Sequence record: SRR31156797_2235
Reading direction: 5' to 3' (one strand)
DNA length: 51,399 nucleotides
Below, piece after piece: positions 46,335-51,399 of this stretch (the stretch's first letter is position 1; every line of letters starts with the position of its first letter). The notes beneath the pieces were generated by a model. The model ran no database searches and had not been told where the DNA came from. It saw only the letters and a list, made by a program, of their open reading frames with translations. Position numbers and translations under genes: made by a program.

Positions 46335-47812
46335 TATTGACTACGATGCCCATATTAATCCCGCTGGTGTTGATCATCGTACTGATGTTTTCAAGATCAT
46401 CAATATTCAGCGAAATCGTCACATTAATCGGAACAGTTACATTAATGGTTGTTTCAATAATAGCAACAATTTATGTTAATAACAATGGACTTTTAGTGGC
46501 ATACATCGGGGGATGGCAGGCGCCTTATGGGATCACGATGGTCATAGACCATTTTAGTGCAATACTTTTGCTTACAACATCCATCATATTAGTATCAATC
46601 TCAATTTATGCCTTAAAATACTTTCCAAAAAGTAGTCAATATAAACGATTTTACATTTTCTTTTTCACCCTTACAATGGGCATAAACGGTGCATTTATAA
46701 CTGGTGATATATTCAATCTATATGTATGGTTTGAAGTAATGTTACTTTCATCGTTTGTACTTATAACCTTTGGGAATCAAAAAAAGCAATTACAGGGAGG
46801 TCTAAAATACCTTGCTATGAATCTTGTGGGATCACTTTTTCTATTAGCAGGAATTGGCTTAATTTATGGAAAAACAGGCACACTAAATATTGCAAAACTA
46901 GCCGAAATAATTGCTAATTATCAAGGTGAAATTTTTTGGTTGAATACATCAGGCATACTCATTTTTATAGCATTTGGAATTAAAGCAGCACTATTTCCAC
47001 TATTCTACTGGTTGCCTGCATCATATCATACTCCCAACATCACAATAACATCACTTTTTGCCGGTATTCTGACTAAAGTAGGAGTATATGCATTAGTAAG
47101 GTTTTTTACATTATTTCTTGCAATGGATCAATTTTTTTGGCAAAACTTGATTTTAACTATTGCCGGACTCACTATGCTAAGCGGAGGTATGGCTGCAAGC
47201 ACACAATACGATAACCGAAAAGTTTTATCATATCATATAATAAGCCAAATTGGTTATATGATCATGGGATTAGGTATAAATACCACACTTTCAATTGCCG
47301 GTGCTATATTTTTCATTATGCACAACATGATTGCCAAGACTAATATATTCCTAACAGCAGGTATGATTGATAAAATAAAAGGTACATATAATCTAAAAAA
47401 CCTTGGTGGTCTATATAAAACGAATCCACTTTTAGCATTGCTATTTATTATTCCTGCGTTTGCCTTGGCCGGTATTCCTCCAATATCTGGTTTCTTTGCC
47501 AAATTTATTCTCATAAAAGCAGGTTTTGAAGACGCACATTATATCACTACATCGGTAGCACTTTTCACTGGACTATTAACCCTCTACTCAATGATCAAAA
47601 TTTGGAATGAGGCTTTCTTGAAAAAAGCACCGGAAGAAAGCAATGAAAGAAATGACATTAAGCTTACATTTAAAGATTATATACCTTCAATAATATTAGG
47701 AAGCATTAGTATTTTAATGGGAATATTTGCATCCGAAGTATTTGATTTTGTCCATGATGCAGCTAAAGCTCTTATGGATAATACAAATTATATAAACAGT
47801 GTGTTAAAATAA
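46331..47812 (+). CDS. mrpD: Mrp antiporter subunit D
   Basis: TGDIFNLYVWFEVML, KAALFPLFYWLPASY, LTKVGVY, LAGIPPISGF. Confidence 0.95.
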   Translation: MILTTMPILIPLVLIIVLMFSRSSIFSEIVTLIGTVTLMVVSIIATIYVNNNGLLVAYIGGWQAPYGITMVIDHFSAILLLTTSIILVSISIYALKYFPKSSQYKRFYIFFFTLTMGINGAFITGDIFNLYVWFEVMLLSSFVLITFGNQKKQLQGGLKYLAMNLVGSLFLLAGIGLIYGKTGTLNIAKLAEIIANYQGEIFWLNTSGILIFIAFGIKAALFPLFYWLPASYHTPNITITSLFAGILTKVGVYALVRFFTLFLAMDQFFWQNLILTIAGLTMLSGGMAASTQYDNRKVLSYHIISQIGYMIMGLGINTTLSIAGAIFFIMHNMIAKTNIFLTAGMIDKIKGTYNLKNLGGLYKTNPLLALLFIIPAFALAGIPPISGFFAKFILIKAGFEDAHYITTSVALFTGLLTLYSMIKIWNEAFLKKAPEESNERNDIKLTFKDYIPSIILGSISILMGIFASEVFDFVHDAAKALMDNTNYINSVLK

Positions 47813-47819
47813 TGATGAA

Positions 47820-48155
47820 ATGAAACAAAAGTTGTTAATACCCTTATTGATTATTGACTTGCTGGTTTTTTATATCATTCAGGTGGTAAAAAGTAACTTT
47901 ATTATTGCATGGGATATTTTAACCCCAACAATGAAAACAAATCCAGGTATTATCAAGCAAGAAGTGGATTTAATGTCAAAACAAGCCGTACTTATTTACT
48001 CTAATCTGGTTTCAATGACTCCGGGCACAATCGCTATTGAGTATTGTGAAGAAACATCAACTTTTGATATCCATGTTTTATATAAACAAAATGAACCTGA
48101 AATAATTATAGATTTATTAAGAATTGAACGAAAAATCAATCGATTAATAAAATGA
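47820..48155 (+). CDS. mrpE: Mrp antiporter subunit E (short form)
   Basis: SN...PGII...NLVSMTPGT. Confidence 0.88.
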   Translation: MKQKLLIPLLIIDLLVFYIIQVVKSNFIIAWDILTPTMKTNPGIIKQEVDLMSKQAVLIYSNLVSMTPGTIAIEYCEETSTFDIHVLYKQNEPEIIIDLLRIERKINRLIK

Positions 48156-48424
48156 TGCCTGACTTTTTATATATCGCACTTTTAATATCTATGGGATTTA
48201 TTGCCCTTGCATTAATTCTCGTGTTTATCAGAGTAATTTCTGCCCCAGATACAAATAACCGTATCATTACGCTTGATTTGACAGCATCTATAGCAATAGG
48301 TTTCACACTAATATTCAGTGCATTAAGTAATAAAACAATCTATTTCGACATACCCATTATTATTGCCCTAATATCCTTCATTGGAACAGTGGCATTATCT
48401 ATTTATCTGAAAAATAAAAAATAA
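48152..48424 (+). CDS. mrpF: Mrp antiporter subunit F
   Basis: RVISAPDTNNRIITLD, ISFIGTVA; position in the operon. Confidence 0.88.
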   Translation: MMPDFLYIALLISMGFIALALILVFIRVISAPDTNNRIITLDLTASIAIGFTLIFSALSNKTIYFDIPIIIALISFIGTVALSIYLKNKK

Positions 48425-48427
48425 ACT

Positions 48428-48706
48428 ATGATTCAATACTTTATAACCGCCATATTAGTTATTCTGGGATCTGCATTTATTGCTATTTCAGCTTTGGGTC
48501 TGTTACGTTTTAAAGACCTAACCAGTCGGTTACATGCTACAACCAAAGCTACATCTTTTGGTATATTGCTCATCGTAACCGGCATTACTATTTATTTCAA
48601 TGACCCAATCACATATCTAAAAGGTGCTTTAATAATCATATTCATATATCTTACTGCTCCTCTGGCTGCCTATGCTATTGTAAAGTCGAAAGGAAAAGAT
48701 AATTAA
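48428..48706 (+). CDS. mrpG: Mrp antiporter subunit G
   Basis: GLLRFKD...RLHATTKATSFG, LTAP. Confidence 0.9.
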   Translation: MIQYFITAILVILGSAFIAISALGLLRFKDLTSRLHATTKATSFGILLIVTGITIYFNDPITYLKGALIIIFIYLTAPLAAYAIVKSKGKDN

Positions 48707-48794
48707 AGCCGAAAAAATATTCCTGCAAACAAATGATACACTAACACTTGCAATACAACCTTCTTCTTACTAAAAAAAAATCCTCACCGTTTTT

Positions 48795-48819
48795 TAACCT
48801 TTTTCTCCTACCTTCGTCT
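48795..48819 (+). promoter_or_regulatory. ECF-type promoter, probably autoregulatory
   Basis: TAACC...CGTCT with AAC-N16-CGT spacing directly before the ECF sigma gene. Confidence 0.65.
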
Positions 48820-48829
48820 TTAGACCAAA

Positions 48830-49393
48830 TTGATGAAAAAATTGGAGTTAGTTAAAAAATCTCAGCAGAAACTAATTGAACAGTGCAAAAAGGGTAACCA
48901 AAGGGCACAATATGATCTGTATCAACAGTATGCAGACTCAATGTATAACATAGCCTACAGGATTACCGGCACCCAACCCGATGCTGAAGATGCACTACAG
49001 GAAGCGTTTATTAAAGCTTTCCAAAAAATAGGTTCTTTTAAAGCTGAAGCTACATTTGGGGCGTGGCTCAAACGAATAGTTATCAATCAGTGCATTAGCG
49101 ACATAAGAAGACGTAAAGCACACTTTGAAGAGTTTAGCAATGAAGCCGAGCAAAAAATCGAAAATGAAGAAGAGCCTCAAATTAGCGAAAAAGTTCCCAT
49201 CAACAAAGTGATGGATGCCATTGATGAACTGCCCGACGGAGCACGTGTAGTTTTTACACTCAAAGCCGTTGAGGAGTATAAATTTAAAGAGATAGCCGAA
49301 ATGCTCAATTTAAGTGAAAGTAATTGTAAAGTACAATATCACAGATCAAAAAAACTATTAAGCAAAAAGCTGTCTGAAGTATTTGAAATGTAA
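48830..49393 (+). CDS. ECF sigma-70 factor
   Basis: DAEDALQEAFIKAF, FGAWLKRIVIN, LPDGARVVFTL...EIAEML. Confidence 0.95.
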   Translation: MMKKLELVKKSQQKLIEQCKKGNQRAQYDLYQQYADSMYNIAYRITGTQPDAEDALQEAFIKAFQKIGSFKAEATFGAWLKRIVINQCISDIRRRKAHFEEFSNEAEQKIENEEEPQISEKVPINKVMDAIDELPDGARVVFTLKAVEEYKFKEIAEMLNLSESNCKVQYHRSKKLLSKKLSEVFEM

Positions 49394-49404
49394 AATATTA
49401 CAAA

Positions 49405-49935
49405 ATGAAATTCGAAGATTATATACAAAAGCACCGCAGCGAAATGGATTATCGTAAACCGGATAAAGATCGAATCTGGCAGGGTATTCAAGCTGCAACC
49501 CATCAACGCAAAACAAAGCGCGTAAGGTTTTATCAATGGTCTGCTGCAGCTGTAATAGTTTTACTAATAGCGGGCATGTTTTTAAGACAGGAATTTGTTT
49601 TACAGCGTCAAATTGAAAGCTTATCGCAGATTAATTCAAACCTTGCGAAAAAAGAGCAAGCATACCAGGTTCAGATTAACCAAAAATGGCAACAATTTCA
49701 AAGCATTGAGTCCGGTGCTTCACCAATTGAGAGCATGTTAATTGATGAACTGCAACAATTAGATACACTTTATCAGGAAGGACTAAAAGACATTCAAAAA
49801 GATAAAAATAACGAGAGAGCTATCATGATTTTGCTCGAAACATACGAAAAGCGCTTAAGAATTATAGAAAAATTGATTTACGAACGACACAAACAGATTA
49901 AATATGAAAAACGTAACCCTAAAACCCAACTTTAA
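49405..49935 (+). CDS. Putative single-TM anti-sigma factor
   Basis: Follows the ECF gene; RIWQGI, TM WSAAAVIVLLIAGMF, helical periplasmic part. Confidence 0.7.
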   Translation: MKFEDYIQKHRSEMDYRKPDKDRIWQGIQAATHQRKTKRVRFYQWSAAAVIVLLIAGMFLRQEFVLQRQIESLSQINSNLAKKEQAYQVQINQKWQQFQSIESGASPIESMLIDELQQLDTLYQEGLKDIQKDKNNERAIMILLETYEKRLRIIEKLIYERHKQIKYEKRNPKTQL

Positions 49936-51259
49936 GCAGTTAATTAAAACCCAATTAACGCTGCTATTAATCCTAGCCCTTTCTTTGCCAACATTTGCAG
50001 CAAAAGAGGGAGATAAAGAAATGAAATCATCTGTCAAATTTGATGGCAGACCTAATGTAAGTGTAATGCTGTATGACTCTGAAACCGATATTACAAAAGC
50101 ATCTGGCAACGAAATCACCATCAAAATTAATTACATTGCTGAAGGCCTCAATGAAGAAGAACTCAAGATTCTTGAGAAATCCATGAAAGAAAATCTGCTT
50201 CAGAAATCAGGTAATAAAATCACTATTAGCACTCGTTTCTACGAGTCCTACCAATCATTTGTGATAATAGGAATCAGAAAAACCAAAATGAAACTGAAAA
50301 GTGGAGAAGAACTCAGCATGACCAAATTCAAGGTAACCAACGTGGCCATCACCTTACCTGATGATATGGACCTTAAACTCAACTCAAAATACAATGAGGT
50401 TAAGATAGATTTTGATATAAAAGGTGATGTGGAGATCAAAGGATATGATTTAAAATTTTATGGACAAAAAATATCAGGAACGTTGGATATTGATGGTAGA
50501 TATAGCACCTTAAATTTAAAGCAAGCTGGAGACACCAAATTGAAGTTGTATGAGTCAAAAGTTGATTTAACTGGAGCTAAAGATCTTGATATAGACTCCA
50601 GATATTCCAAAGTAAAATTGCTAGGTTGTGAAAGCCTTAAAATTAAAGGATACGAAGATAGATTTGAAAGTATAGTTAGCGGAGATGTTGAGATTGATGG
50701 AAGGTATAGTGATTATACAATTTTAAGTGCCGAAAATATCAATGCTAAAATGTATGAAGGATCAATTTTATTGCCTAAAGTGAATGGTACATTTACATTA
50801 AACGGTAGATATGTTGAGGTTAACATTTCATATATCAATGCATTAAAACTACAAGATGGCTATGAAAATAATCTTAAAATAAAAGAGGCAAATGAAGTAA
50901 TTTCCAAAAAAGGACGCTACAATGAATTTGATATAGACAAGTTGAATAATAAAATTGAAGTTGAAGGCTATGAGGAAGAAGTGGAAATATTAGAATTATC
51001 AAGTGATTTTGAAAAGGTTTTGGTTGATGGAAAGTATATGGAACTGAAAATAGATTTCAAAAATGAAGTTAATTATCTGTTGCATGGGGCAATTCAATAC
51101 CCGGATCTGGATGTGGATATGAATGATTTTGATGTTGTGTTGAATGACAAAGATGGTTCCCGGTTAGATTTTAAATACATACGTGGAACAAATAAAAATA
51201 CCACTAAGGAGATTTATTTAAAGGGGTACGAAGTAGATGCGAAAATCAACCACAATTAG
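49904..51259 (+). CDS. Exported beta-strand repeat protein (DUF4097-like)
   Basis: Signal peptide ending LPTFA; periodic GRY/SKY and YE/YD motifs; typical third gene of Bacteroidota ECF units. Confidence 0.65.
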   Translation: MKNVTLKPNFKQLIKTQLTLLLILALSLPTFAAKEGDKEMKSSVKFDGRPNVSVMLYDSETDITKASGNEITIKINYIAEGLNEEELKILEKSMKENLLQKSGNKITISTRFYESYQSFVIIGIRKTKMKLKSGEELSMTKFKVTNVAITLPDDMDLKLNSKYNEVKIDFDIKGDVEIKGYDLKFYGQKISGTLDIDGRYSTLNLKQAGDTKLKLYESKVDLTGAKDLDIDSRYSKVKLLGCESLKIKGYEDRFESIVSGDVEIDGRYSDYTILSAENINAKMYEGSILLPKVNGTFTLNGRYVEVNISYINALKLQDGYENNLKIKEANEVISKKGRYNEFDIDKLNNKIEVEGYEEEVEILELSSDFEKVLVDGKYMELKIDFKNEVNYLLHGAIQYPDLDVDMNDFDVVLNDKDGSRLDFKYIRGTNKNTTKEIYLKGYEVDAKINHN

Positions 51260-51399
51260 CTATTCAATTGAATTACGCATTTCGCCGATGGAATATATCT
51301 ACAATAAATAAAGCTGGATCGCGGCGAATAGTACATAAATATAAATGGGGCTGTCTCAAAAGTAAGAAGAAATAGATTTTCAGCTACTTTTTACCCCAA

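Noticed and set aside
43277-48706. Membrane-bound hydrogenase (Mbh) complex
   Set aside because: Only the seven Mrp antiporter subunits are present; no NiFe or FeS subunits follow
7868-50439. About 30 ORFs of 60-130 aa antisense to or out of frame within larger genes
   Set aside because: Shadow ORFs with composition typical of reverse-strand translation and no independent support
1-51399. CRISPR array, tRNA, rRNA, prophage or integrase
   Set aside because: Intergenic gaps are all under 300 nt, with no regularly spaced repeats or RNA gene signatures seen by eye

Overview
AT-rich, gene-dense chromosomal window of a Bacteroidota bacterium. The assignment rests on TAnnTTTG promoters, T9SS type A and type B cargo, and the DUF4924, DUF6029 and Omp28 families. 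NhaA plus a full mrpA-G operon and a sensory [FeFe]-hydrogenase point to an anaerobic marine or saline lifestyle. About 47 credible CDSs are present; I saw no rRNA, tRNA, CRISPR array, transposase or prophage gene. Housekeeping content includes pgi, class III fbp, queE, acpH, a 2-oxoacid dehydrogenase E2, an M16 protease pair, a FabK/NMO-family flavoenzyme and an ECF sigma/anti-sigma/DUF4097-like unit. The most interesting items are: (1) a four-gene operon (TlpA, DUF6029 beta-barrel, Omp28 lipoprotein, T9SS cargo) in which every product carries a Cys pair and is predicted in a successive envelope compartment, a candidate thiol-disulfide relay across the outer membrane; (2) an hfsABC-like sensory [FeFe]-hydrogenase/phosphatase operon with non-canonical H-cluster motifs; (3) a lipoprotein PpiD-YfgM-like fusion; (4) a cluster of PP2C-TM-LysM, YciB-Nudix and HU-TM-SPOR genes; (5) a stand-alone ArcE (arginine synthetase)-like gene with a Shine-Dalgarno; (6) a degenerate HNH-AP2 gene with its own promoter behind a long palindrome. 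All family calls come from motif recognition by eye, not from database searches.
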